Made by a program: the position numbers and the translations under genes | Shown: positions 12,997 through 26,042 of the stretch, piece by piece | Position numbering within the stretch: the stretch's first letter is position 1 | Layout: each line of letters begins with the position of its first letter | Source: Sarea resinae | Taxonomy: Eukaryota | DNA length: 64,000 nucleotides | Reading direction: 5' to 3' | NCBI GenBank assembly: GCA_026026165.1 | Contig: JAPEUD010000011.1 | Span: 434,001-498,000 of the forward strand | Notes under the pieces: model-generated | Told to the model about the DNA's origin: nothing | Database searches by the model: none | The model's input: the letters and a program-made list of their open reading frames with translations, nothing else

Positions 12997-14259
12997 ATGG
13001 TTGCTTCCAGGATTCCCATCGTTCACAGTCTGTCGGACGTCACACTGCACTCTGGTGTGGGTTAAGGTCACCTTGATGGAAGGTACCTCACCTACTAGGT
13101 AACTTGATAGCCATCTATGGATAGTCGGCCCTGCATGGGTACGCTCATCATGGTTTGTGTGGACTGCAGAAGGTGAGGGTGGGAAGAAGTTGAAGGTGTG
13201 GTCCCCGTGCGACCCGTACGCGCTCTGCGGCCTCTCTTGAGCCTACTGTGCTGGGGTTATCATTTGCTATCACCAGGGGCGCTTGTCAGGCCCCGCCGCT
13301 CCCCCATCAATCCACCATTCAAGGCGGTAAGAAGTCTTGCAGGGAGAACGTCCCATCCGCCGCGCCCTTTCGACAGGAGATGATGTTCGAGAAAAAGCAA
13401 AAGAATCATCCATAAGGTAGGTCTTCTCGACACGGATGACGTAGACGTGAGCGGGAGCATGTAGGCGCGGTGGGGTAAGGACAGGATGGACAACTTCACT
13501 ACGAAACGCCTCTGCCGTTCAGTGATTGATCATCATACGGTAGGTACCTAATTTTGGAGCACGCGCGCGCGAAAGCCCGCAGCTACCTAGGTACCTCCAG
13601 ACGATGATCATGTCGATCTGTCCCACATGGATCCCATCCATCAAATCCAGGATCCATCCATCCAATGCGCCCTGACACCGTACCATATCTTGATATCCAT
13701 GTTCCGACAGCCCAGCTCACAACATTGAGGGCACGGCTTCGACCTTTGGCGCTATTTAGATTTTCGATATCTTATCGTCGAATATCTCACCTTTTCTTTA
13801 CACCGGATAGCTCCTTCCATTCGTGAATATCAAATGACCACTGTTCATGAACATCTAGCAAGCCTCCTTGTAGTCCATACTCCATACCACACGTAATATT
13901 GCGCACCTCCATCAGGTCCTCCGCGTCATGCAGCTCGTGCAGTCTTAAGGCTTCACCCTTTCAGCATCCAATCGCAACTTTCATGTCAAGAAGTTTTCAT
14001 GCGCAGCTAGATATAATACAGAAGAAATATCTCTCCTGGGGTGCCTCAACTCCCTCTACAATCTGATATATATCATAGTAATTCGTCGTCGTTCCAATTT
14101 ATCGTTACAGTCGTGAAATGGTCGAATGCCTCAGGTATATACCCCAACAACTCCCAAAGATCTCGAGACATTTGTTCATGCTATGCCATGCTATGCTGCA
14201 GATGTCAACCCCAAACTCGTACGCCAACTCCCCGCATGATAAGGAAAACTCAAGATCGT

Positions 14260-17200
14260 TCAATGTTTCTTATATTTCTATTGTCGGATTAGCATACCGA
14301 TAAAGCGACAGCAGTAGTAGACGGGTACTTACATCGTCCAAGCGTCTCCGGTGTTGAGGATCCAGAGAATTGGTGGCACCCATCAATGTCTGCGATATAG
14401 CCTTACTAGCTCCTATGGCAGGCCTGAAGATAACCGTGGGAGCTCTCATCAAGATAGCTTTTGCAGCACCTTGAGCACTGCCACTCTCTAGCACCTCTCC
14501 GGGTACCGCAACAATTGCGTCCTTCGCCGTCAAAAGATCCCTCTCAAGACTGGCGTACGCGCCGCGCAAGCCTTGTGCCACTCCAATAGGCTGATCCGCA
14601 TAGAGTGAGATAACTTTCTTCTCCTCTTCTATGTCATCATCGTCCCAGCCAGGAGGCTCTCCTTGACTTGGAGAATTGAGAAAGGTTTCTGCGCCTTGCA
14701 GCGCGGTCTGCGTGCCGATAGCAAGCTTTGCACCCAGCTTGACGAGCTCGCTAGTAGTTGTCCTTGCAAATGCCAATGCTCCCTTCTGAATGCTTCTTAC
14801 GATCCTACCATCCTTCTTATATTCTCGCATTGGTACAACGACTAAATCTCTTACACCTCCACCAACGTTTACCAGTGACCTAACAGGTGCGAGGCCAGCT
14901 AGTACTCCAGGTAGTTGATTACGCTTGATATCTGGCATCCATATATCGTTTAAAGTCTTCGAAAGCTTATCAAAGCCGGAGACTCCGTAGATGATTACAT
15001 GGCGTAGAACCATGTCTGCTTGGTCGAGAATGAAGAAGTTCATGAATTCGGTCGTGTGTCCAGACCGCAAGCCAGCATAGTCAACCGATTTGGGCTTATA
15101 ATCGAGTTTCAAGCGAACGGATTGTACTTCAACACGCTGCAGAAAAGGAACTTCTGAAGACGAGTTGTGGACAGGAACGGTGTCATCTTTGAATTCAAAG
15201 AATCTCGTGATGAAATCAAGGGCATCCTGGTCAACATGGAGGCGAAGTGGAAGTATGGTAGCCTTGTTCGGGTGTTAGATTTATTCAAGCATAGCAATTG
15301 TAGCTACTCACCTTTACTACTATTTCTGAGGCGGCCAAGTCGGGGACCGGCTTGACATTAAGTATTTCCAAATGAACCATATCCTTCCCGGTTTCTCTTT
15401 CGCCAGCATCACGCATATAAGTCGCAAATTTCTTCCACGTAGAAGTGGGGAGATGATCGTAGATCTCGAAGTCGTACACTCGTACATCCAAGGAACTTTG
15501 CGTCTCGCCAGACCCTTGCGGAAATACTATAAAATCTGCAGAGACTCCTTTCAGCTCAAAAGCCATCTTGTGCTGCTTGCTTCTGTGCAGTCGCAGTCTT
15601 TTTCCCCGAGCCCTTGTTTTCTGTGAGTGCCGGTTTGGCGATTGCGATATCGTGGAGGTTGGCACTGTAGATGTCGGATAACTTTCATTCTCGCTGACCA
15701 AATCATCTACGTCGTGGTTTATCCGTTCCGAGAGCTCCCGAGGGTCACGATTTGCGGGAATGCCGATGTAAATGGAATTGAAGAGGAAGTCTCCAATCAC
15801 AGACTCTTCTTCTTCATCGGAATCAAATGATGGTCGCCTATCATGTCGCGCTCGTCTTTCTGTAGCCCTATCTTCAACATCTTTGACCGCTTTGCTAATG
15901 GTATCTCGAGTTTTCGGCCAGTCGTAGCCATCAAACAGGTTCCATATGAAATGAACATTGCGTACTCGGACCTTGAGAGGACTGTCTCGGACCTTGCGAT
16001 CATTGATCGATCCATAAGTGTTTCGGGTAGAGTCCCACCTATGAGCAGTACCCTCCATAGTAGAGCCAGCATCGAAGTGATGCTCTCGAAAATCAAGGGT
16101 ATCACTATCCGACGATATTGCATAACCTTCTTGGAGGCCTTCCAAAGGAGCTTGCCTCTCAACGACGCGATCCATATCACCACCTTCAAAGCCATAGAGA
16201 TCAGTACCTGGCACGTCAATCGCTAGCCCACTAGACGAAGACCTCTCATTCCTAGGGAAATTCGTAACGTAATCAAAATTGTAAGACAGCTCATCAACAT
16301 CGTCAATGATATACTCATCTTCTGGGTCGATGCTAGTGCTGACTTCTTCGTTGTGAGCTTTGCCAGACGGTGCGAAAGCATCCCCGGATAAAGATGCAAG
16401 CATATCTTGAACGGGAATGATCTCGGTCCGATACTTGATATCCCGGCTAGGAGGCATAGGAGGTTTGAGTCCATTCATGATGCTAAGGAGCGTCTGTGTG
16501 GAATCGGCACAAGATTCGAGGACGAAAAGGTCGTCCTTCAGCTCTATATCCAAGACATTTCCCGATTCGGCCTTGCTAGAGCTAATAATGGCCATCGCTG
16601 AAGAAATGTAGCTTAGAGAGACGTATCCCGTATCACATAAAGCCGACACTTGATCATTGCCAGTCGTCGAAGACGGACTGTGGATTGCCATCCTGACTTC
16701 CTTGCGGGGTTCAACATTTGCGACATCGTCTATCGCCAACAGATACGCGCGTTTGATCTCCAGAGATGCATGAACGGCATCTGCTTTCGGCAATTGGCCC
16801 GATAGGCGTGTCTCGGCCAGTACAATGAGACCCTTGCAAGGTATGTCTCGCGGATTTAAGCCAATAACGCAGTCTCGCAGTGAAATATCGATCTTAGAAG
16901 CCCTAGAAAGAGTGCCAGACCTGTCGCAGACAGAAGATCGCTGACTGGAGGGCTCTGGCCTTGGTTGGTTTTGAAGTCCGAAGCCAGTCAAGGTCGCGGC
17001 AGAACTTAACATTTCTTTGACGACTTCTTCGGTAAGCATCTGCTCTGAAATCCCCATTGCAGCCATGATGGTTGTGACTCTGTACTCGGCACGGAGGTTC
17101 CAGATCTTGATCCTAACTGTTGGTTCCATTTCATCGCCAATCACTCTAGCCATAAACATCGGGGACGACGCTCGAGAGGCAGGCTGAGGTGAAGCAAGGG

Positions 17201-20200
17201 CTTCTCCAATAAGTTCCTCATCATTGATCCGATGTAGCGATATTTTGTTGATCGCCACAGCCACGAGCGATGGCAGACCCACATATGCTGCTTCTATGTT
17301 TTCTGAACCTAATTGCACGGATCCAAAATCTTCGCTCACAGTGACATCGAAATCGAGATTTTTTATGAGTCCTAAAGTCATGATTCCTGGTCTATCGTCG
17401 TCAGGAAGATACTTCGCAACGGTGGAAAACTTGGCCAATTCTTCAGACAGAACCCGGATATTTTCTAGGTCATCCAAGTTTGAAACACTTCCTGTGGCGC
17501 TACTGACGGTGGTCCGCAAAACTGAGCCTTGCTGTCGCTGCCGCAGCAGAGTATCTAACAAGATATCTCCATCGTGGTCGTATTTATCTTTTGAGGGATT
17601 GAGTAGCGATAGGAGTCGTCCTAGGTCTACCTCTTGCGGCTTTGGTAGATACTCGATTCTGATGTCACCAAAGTCAACATTCGCTGATGGACCCCTTCCT
17701 TCTCGCAACACTCGTGGCCCATTTAATTTAACTTTATCAATCTGCAAGCCAACGCCTTCCTCGCGGCCGACGACCTTCACAGCTGATGCTTCAAGCTTCA
17801 GTGCGCAGACTCGACCCACGAGATCGAGTAGTATTCCTCCGATTCTGACATTGGCCTTCTTCCTCCCTCCCAGGGACGGCTCTTTCGATGGGTCTTTATT
17901 AATTGAACTATCGAATCTGACAGTGCGAGAGCGCTTCGGCGGATGCTGTGTCCCACTGGAGGCTCCTATGATAGTGGCGGTAGACGCCACAGAGCTCCCC
18001 AACTCCAATATGCTGCTGAATCCCCCAAAGCAGCTAATTGTCTCATCGAGCTTGTGCAGATCCAGAGAAATATGTATAGGAAGGGTAGTAATATTGATTT
18101 GTCGATGGTCCTTACTGCTGTTGATCTCGATCGATATGTCATGCTGTGAAAGATCCTTTGTCGATGCCTTGAGTCTGAGACCCGCATCAAATGAGATAAT
18201 GTCTTCAGCAGCATAGCCGAGCCGGAATGTTTTTATAGAAAGCTTTGTCGTCGAGAAGAGTTCTTTCCCTATAGTCTTCAAAGTAGATCCCTTGACATCT
18301 GCTGAGAGTATCGTATCGGATAGCATTGTTGGAGAAACACCTGGCGAATTTTCTTCTGGCAAATACGAGTTCGGGAAGACGGTTCCTGCCTCCAGATGCT
18401 CAACCAGCTTCACTGATATGTGCTCTATCCGAACAATCGTCTGGGTTTTCTTAAGATCGGAACCCTCCTTGATCGACTGTTGCGATGGCCGGTCATTAGA
18501 AGCCAAAAGAAGTTGCTGTCCACACTTGGAAAAGAGTCGGGCAGCCCCTAAATCAACTTTCACAGAAGCTGAGCCAATGATCAACTCAATGGCTGTTTGA
18601 CAATGGCCTTCGGATTTATCATCTGGAACTGGGTTCCTGGAGCGATGACTTGCATTTGGACTGAAACTAACGCGCCGGCGCTCCTGAAGCTGCTGTGATC
18701 CGCTTCGGTATGAGCTGCTCTCTATAGGCTCTCTTCTTGCATATGTTGAAAAGGTTCCCGGGAGATTGGAAGATGGTGTACCAGTGGCTATGTGCTGCCA
18801 GTCGAGCTTATCCTTGCTCTCTTGGCTTTGTGAGCCTTCCTCCGCCTGGTCCTCCGCTGGAGCAATTCCTGAGGATGGTACAGAGAAGATGATCTGGTTG
18901 ATGAGCACAATCTCTTTCGATAAGCGAGCAGGATCCGATGTTTGTTCCGAGTTGTTTGATGCATAGCCAGATTGAGTTGGTGATGCTCTAGGCAAGGTAC
19001 CATCTATGAGGGGAATACCTCCGGTCGACGTGCGAAGACTTGGTCGCGGTGTTGCACTGCGCTCTTCCCCAATATTTCCAGAAGTAGCAGCCTTTACTGG
19101 GGAGAAGATCTTCTCGTTTTGGAGGTGGCTTTGCGAAGAATTGTCGATGGCTACCGCGGCTGCCGATATATCGCTGCTTGTGCTCGAGGGTCCCCAAGCT
19201 CCAGGGATAGTCATACGCTGACTAGGCATGCCGGAAGCATTGGTCAAAGCACTGAGATACATGCTTTCCGCTTCCTCATGACTAAAGAATTTTGATTCGG
19301 ATAGATCTTCTCCGGACGGGGATTCAGTATCGGGGCTTTCTATGTCCCTGCTCAGCTCTGACCTGGGATAGTCTCTTTGATCGTAACCGTCTCCATGGCT
19401 TGTTTCATAGACAGCATGGCTATCAAAAGCAAGGGGATCGGAGGTAGACATTTCGTTCGGCTCCTTTGCACTCGACATGCTATCAGATACTTGAGAAGAC
19501 AACAGAGCATTGCTAGAGCTACGCTCATTCTCTACCATAGATGGCGAATCACTGTTGTCAGATTTTGCGAGCCGCAAACTGCTCTGGCGGGGTTCTGAAC
19601 GCAACTCCTGGGATTGGGGCGCGAGGGCTGATGAGGAAGAGACTGATGAGGCAAGCAGTCTGGCTGTCCCTTCTTCATGAGACGAGTGCTCCAAAGCGTC
19701 GTCGAGATAGACAGAAGTGTCCAGAGCGTCCCCATCCTCAGACCTGCTGAAAGTGAGATGCTGTGAACGTGATAGAATAGCGCTGTGGTTGTCGTCACCG
19801 TCACTCGCATCTGAAAATCTGCCACTTTCACTTGGCATTACAGATCCCTCCAAGCTTGGCTGGATGATTTCTTCTTGATGCCCACGAGCAGGATATTGTT
19901 TCAGTGAATCCGTAGACGAGGAAGTAGAAGGAGCGGATGAACGACCATCTGAAGATTGAAACAAAGCATGCTCAGTTTTATCTCGGGTGTCAGGTGACGT
20001 CTGACTAGTTGATTGCTCTGTGATGCGACTTGAATGTGTAATTGTTGGCGAAACCGGCAAAGACACTGGGGATTGACCAGCAAAAAGGGATGAATCAGAT
20101 ATGAGGTGGACACGTATGTTGTAAAATGATATGAATCGACGTTCAACTGGGTTTGCCTGCTCTTGAGAATCGGTCCCATCCTCCTTGCTATGGCTATCTT

Positions 20201-21077
20201 TGTTTTTCACCGCATCAACATCCACTTTATCGACAGAGATCCGGATTGTCACATCGTTCGCCGTGCCACTGGTTGATTGGCCATCCGCGTACAGAGAGAA
20301 ATCGGCACTGATCTCAACGTCTTTGATCTTGACCACAAGCCTGTCGCCGACACCTTTTAAGAACCCTGCAAGAAATCCTGGTAACGATAGACCGGTTCCT
20401 GTCCCCATACTTACTTCTTCCTCGCCATCTTCACTCAGGGTGACCGATTGGTGAAGATATTGTGACTGTGAGGTGATCGCAGCCTGCAACTCAGCCCTCT
20501 CCGTAGGAGGCTCGGTCTCTAGGAAAGATTGTGCAAGGTGTTCCGTCGTGGGGAGGACCTCTTCGGGCAGGTCCGCGTCTCCAGAAGTCGAGTCGCTCTC
20601 CGGTACACCCGTTGTTCGACGACTTGCGCCAGATCTAGAGCTTTGGCCATCTTCAGCTGGAGAATGATGGCTCGTGGAAGAGGTCCCAGGTTCAACAATA
20701 TTGATTTGAACCACCACGCCCTCGACTTCAACAGAGATCGAACTATTATATATGTCGGCAGGAATCGTTACGCGGAGTAGTAAGATGCGTGCTTTGACGA
20801 GATCGAAACGTCCCGAGAGTTGCAATAAAGATGACAACTTCTGATAACTTTATCAGCCATAATACTAGGATAGAATAGAGCGATGTGTCGGTTCCGACGA
20901 AAGGTGAGAGCGTACCTGTAGCTTCAATCCAACATCCCTCAGCTCGACCGTGCTTCGTTTGCCCCATGCTATGTCGAGCTTCTCGAGATCTAAAGCATCT
21001 GTGTCCAGGAGCTCTAGGCGGGAAAGAGCATAGCGCAGAAGCCGCTTTTGAAACGAGGAAGGGAGAAAGTAAGACAT
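14260..21077 (-). CDS. ATG2: Autophagy-related lipid transfer protein Atg2; exons 21077-20916, 20840-15312, 15262-14333, 14277-14260
   Basis: Chorein-N-type start [24 protein letters not shown]2_CAD motif [40 protein letters not shown] and ATG_C region YADQP...RPAIGAS. The three introns splice in frame and the protein ends KYKKH*. Confidence 0.95.
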
Positions 21078-22246
21078 GACGGTAACCGTCCACGAATGTT
21101 CTCATCCGAAGAAGATATAGATCATGATGAGACGTCCGCTTCAGGATTTCAACCTTGTCGCTGTGAAGATTCGTGAGGCGTCAGAGAGATGTCGTACCCC
21201 TCCAAGGCGATGAGCTCGGAGAACGTGGCAAAGGGTCGTCAAGTACACATCGCATTGCCTCCTATGCCAAGTGATATCATAGGATAAGTGAAAGTCTTAG
21301 GAGATGAGGCGGCGGAGAGCAAAGTGATATGGCTCAGGTCAGTATGGTATGGTAGGAGTGGAGGTGCGTCGGTGTGATGCGGCTCCAGCTTGATGCTTGA
21401 GTATCGAAGTTCTTACTTTCCGTTACCTACCTACGGTAGGTATCAGACTCGATCCATGGCACTACACTAGCTACAAATGACGATCACTACAACACCACGC
21501 CTGAGGTGTGCCTACTTGGCAGAGGAGTAAGTTTGCAGTCTGGTAAGGCGCAGCAGAAGATGTGATCTGGATGGCATCTGCTGCCAGTGAAGCATGTCCA
21601 CTTGGCACACTGTCTGAACGTGAGCAGCGGACCTCTGTGATTGTTGAGCACCCGTGAGCGCCTGGGGCCTCTTGTTGCTATCAGAGTCATTCAGTCCTCG
21701 TGCACCAAGCTGTGTAAGGTACTTTAGACATGGTAACTGATGAAGTACTGTACACAGTACCACATGATATGATACGTATTACCTAAGGTAAGGCATCCGG
21801 CTCTCTTCCAGGTTGAGTGAGAGGATACCTTGCCGAGAGCTGCTGACCCGCAAGGTGGCAGCTGGAGTCTGAATACTACCGAGTACCTTAGGTACATGTA
21901 GGTAGGTACTGCCCATGGATTGTAGTACGAGGGGTACGGTCTGCGATAGGTCACGATAAGCTCGGGCTTAAAGCATGCGGGGTACGTATGGCAAGAGTAG
22001 ACGGCCGTAACTTACCTTACTTACTGCACTGGGCTCCAGCTCGTTGCTAGGCTCCAGCTACCTACCTTACATTACTCGGAGTACTCTCTTGAAGCCAGCA
22101 TCGGGTTTGTTGTTCGTGTCCGTCGGTAGTGGTTGTGGTCGACATCGTCATAATTAGGCCAGCTCTATTGCTTAGGGCAGGGCGAACTCAGCTCGGGGCT
22201 AAGATCATACAAGACCAGCAAAGTCCAAGCAGATACGCCTCTCCAG

Positions 22247-24114
22247 ATGCCCTCTTCGGCCGGGGACCAGGATTGGAGCGGTGATGATGGTGGGGACGAG
22301 GTGGCCCTGAACGAACTTCCAAGCATGGAAGATCCGTTCATTCAACGCTATCTGCAGGGTCGAGACGCGCTCATCTCCCAGGAATCGAAGCAACGAAGTG
22401 GTGCGTAAATCCTGCCTCGATTGACCGAGAATCAATATCTAACATCGCTTCAAAGACTATGCCTTTCGTCAATCATTATCGCCCATGGCAGCCGAAGCCA
22501 GCGCCATCGTGTCCAAGATTCGTGATGAAGAGCGCCGTACCATCTGGACCGAAGCCTTAGAGGCAGGCCTAAGCCAGAAGGGCGGGGAGATATATCCAGG
22601 TGCAATGTTTGCTTTGGCCAAAGAAAGGATGGAGAGCACTGTCTTGTGGAAGATCATTCAGAGAATGCCCAAGGGAGCTCTCCTACATGCGCACTTTGAA
22701 GCCATGGTCGATATCGGATGGCTTATTGATCAGGCATTTGCCACAAAAGGGATGCATATATATGCTCCTGCTGCCTTGTGTTCCCCTTCCAGTCTGGAGT
22801 CGGGCTCCGTGCTATTCAGATTTTCAACAACTACTCCACAACAGTCCTCAATGATCTGGTCCGATGATTATACGCCTTCTACCCTTATTCCCATGGATTC
22901 AGCCGCAGATAGCTTTCCGAATGGTGGCCGTTCGGGCTTTATGAGGTGGCTGAAAGATCGATGCACGATCACGGCTGGGGAATCGATTCAGCATCACCAT
23001 GGACCAAATGCCATATGGAGAAAGTTCCAATCTACATTCTTGATTCTCAATTCTATAATCCATTACGAGCCCATTCTTCGAGCCTTCACTCGCCGACTGT
23101 TTCAACAACTCGCTCTTGATGGGGTCCGATGGGTGGATCTCAGGGCTGTCTTTTTACACCCGTATTGGCGCGAGGGTTGCGACATCCCCGACCAAGGTTT
23201 TGAAGAAATGATTCGAGTTCTCAAAGATGAGCTTGTCAAATTCCAAGCAACAGAAGAGGGAAAATACTTTTGGGGTTGTCGAATGATATGGACTGTATTG
23301 CGAAGGTTGCAGACACGTGATATCATCAACAGCAAGTAACACAGGATCCTATACTGACCGCTTTTGACTGACGAACATGAAAGATATGGATCAGTGCATT
23401 GCAGTCAAAAAGGCCTTTCCTGACATGATAGCTGGCTTCGACTTTGTTGGACAAGAAGAAGCTGGGAGACCTCTCAAAGACCTTCTCCCCGAAATATTCT
23501 GGTTTCGCAAGCGTTGCGCAGAAGAAGGCGTAGAAATTCCCTTCTTTTTCCACGCAGGTGAATGCCTTGGTGATGGAGATGAGACAGATTACAATCTGGT
23601 CGATGCGATCGTTCTTGGTACACGTCGAATCGGACATGGTTTCTCTCTATATAAGCACCCTTTATTGATCGACATGATCAAAGACAAAAAAATATTGGTC
23701 GAGAGCTGCCCAATTTCTAACGAGATTCTAAGGTTCACGAGCTCTATCATGTCTCACCCACTTCCAGCGCTACTCTCTAGGGGTGTTCCAGTGGCTCTGT
23801 GCAATGATGATCCTGCTATCTTGGGACAGGAAGCTAGCGGGATGACGCATGATTTTTGGCAAGCTTTGCAAGGAATGGAACAACTAGGGCTTGAGGGCCT
23901 TGGAGCACTTGCCGAGAATAGCGTCAGGTGGGCGGCCTTTGAAGACCAAGCGGCTAAGGATTGGACAAAGGATATCAAAGACGGCACCTTTGGGGGTGGC
24001 ATCCGTGCTGCGCGAATGAAGGAGTGGCTCCGAGAATGGGAGAGCTTTTGCCAATGGGTGGTCATGGAGTTTGGCGTGGACGAGGATGGTGAAGAGGAAG
24101 AGGAAGAGGAGTGA
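22247..24114 (+). CDS. Adenosine deaminase of the ADA2/ADGF (CECR1-like) family; exons 22247-22400, 22456-23331, 23384-24114
   Basis: Metal and catalytic motifs MPKGALLHAH, AGFDFVGQEE, FFFHAGE, RRIGHG, ESCPISNE and NDDP. The first intron is GT-AG; the second fits only with a GC donor. Acidic C-terminal tail. Confidence 0.9.
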
Positions 24115-24728
24115 TAGAGCTTAACGGAGTCGATGATGCGGTTTGCAATTTATAGATCTGGATAATGGATACCCCATCTCCCGTCCAAGCTGCATTCCAG
24201 GATGTCTCAAAAGATCAAGCCAATTGTCGAATTTCTCACTTCAAGGTTCCATTTTACTATGTACACACTCGACCTGCACGGATCCGGCGCGCAGTAAAGG
24301 CAATTAGCCCTAGCCCCACAGGAAGGCAGGGTATCTTACTTTAGCAAGAGCAGCTCCTGTAGATGAGTTCGATAATATCCATGGTCAAGGACTGTACTCC
24401 GTAGAGTAGCGATCAAAGTAGGGCAAAGTGCCTACCAATTGGTTGGTCTCTACTACTAGTAAAGACTTCTACTCCGGAGTCGTACGAACATGTAAGATAA
24501 CTGGAGATTTGGATACCAGATCGGCAATCGTCCAAACCGCATGAGAGGCACCTACTCGTTCTGTCATGAGAGTCCGAGGGATTGATCGACGCCTGTACTT
24601 TGTACTGAAGTACTACTTCACTCTGGAATATCTCTGGAATATCTCCGGCAACCGACGCCACAATCGGGCTGCAACGACGAGGTGGCGCTAGTGCGACGAG
24701 AGGGCACTGTGTATTAATATTCGTAGAA

Positions 24729-24770
24729 GCTTCCAAGGCTTCCAAGGCTTCCAAGGCTTCCACGGCTTCG
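24729..24770. repeat. 9-bp tandem repeat (GCTTCCAAG) x~4.5
   Basis: gcttccaag x3, then gcttccacg and gcttcg, read directly. Confidence 0.9.
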
Positions 24771-25266
24771 ATCACGGCGCCTTTGAGGAAAGCCATCGAC
24801 GGTTACAACGGACGATGGCTGCACGCTACTGCGCCGTGCTACGAAGTCGAACGCGAGTCGAGTCCGGACACGGTTACTCTGTGCGGCCAGGTCTGCTGTC
24901 ATGCCAGTCACGCGGTCGATTCTAACCACAGTCGGTTACGGGAAAGGACCTGCCTCGACCTGGGAGAAGTACTCTGCGAGTACTCCGTAGTACGTTGCTG
25001 GCTCTCGACTCCTACGTAGTCGGCAGATCTCTTGCACGGTACGCCGGAGTACCTGCGACAGCATGACCCTGCCGTACCGTCCAGTCAGGCACGAGAAAAG
25101 CTCTTCCCACCAGGGGTCCAGCGCTGGCCTTATCGAAAATTTGCATGATCCTGTCCATCCTGTCCACACAGCGCGGGTCGATGCAGTCCGACCAGGGTCG
25201 AGTGATACGAACCCGAGGGCTGCATGCACGGCATCAAATCAATTGCTGCGTACCTAGGAGACTGCG

Positions 25267-25298
25267 AGATTGCAAGATTGCAAGATTGCAAGATTGCC
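25267..25298. repeat. 8-bp tandem repeat (AGATTGCA) x4 upstream of the CNT gene
   Basis: agattgca x3 plus agattgcc, read directly. Confidence 0.9.
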
Positions 25299-26042
25299 CA
25301 TGGGCCAGATAAAAGATAGACTCCCACTGATAATCAATCAACCCTCTTACTACTCGAGTGCGAGTACTCGTACTCGTACGTGTATTACGAGTCCGATCAG
25401 ACAAGAGAGTCCTTATCTCGCTGCTGCAGTCTCTCCACATCGGCCGTACGTACGCCGCACACCAGACCAGGCATGTGCCCAGCATAGGCCGGCAAGCCCA
25501 CCACGCGACCATGTTCTCTCTCGGGCCTAGGGCCCGTCAACTATCTCTCGCTCTCGCTCTCGTTCTCGCTCAGCTACGATGGTAGATCCCACTACTGCCC
25601 TACTCTTTGCTTGCATTCCGCCCTTTCTCATCGAGTCAGGCCAGGGTATCCGCATTATTACGACACGGCAATGAAGCTGAACCGCTTGCTGTTGCTGCTG
25701 TTCGGGTTTGGCCGGCCCTTGTGATACCAGAAACGCACCATCGAGCATGGTGCGTGTGTGGGGAGCCCAGCCGCCGTGGGTAGTCTGTAGGCTCAGTACT
25801 ATGGTAGGTCGTAGTCGCCGGCTTTTAAAACTTTCTTGCCCCTCCCAACCGCCAAGTTGTGGTGCAGCTGCCCTCCAACTGCCCTCCAAAGAGCTCCCTC
25901 CTCTCCTGGCCTCGATCTGCCATCGATCCAAGTCAGCCAGCATTCTTCCACCAGACCGGGCTGCCATTGACGTCCACCTGTGTGCCTTTTGGCTGCAGCA
26001 ATTGCCCGTCTGTGGAGCCCTCTGCGCGCCATTCCACCGGAG

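Noticed and set aside
17224..18216. 330-aa plus-strand ORF
   Set aside because: Antisense shadow of ATG2 coding sequence.
24729..25298. Short tandem repeats as a CRISPR-like array
   Set aside because: 8-9 bp units with no spacers, in a eukaryotic genome.
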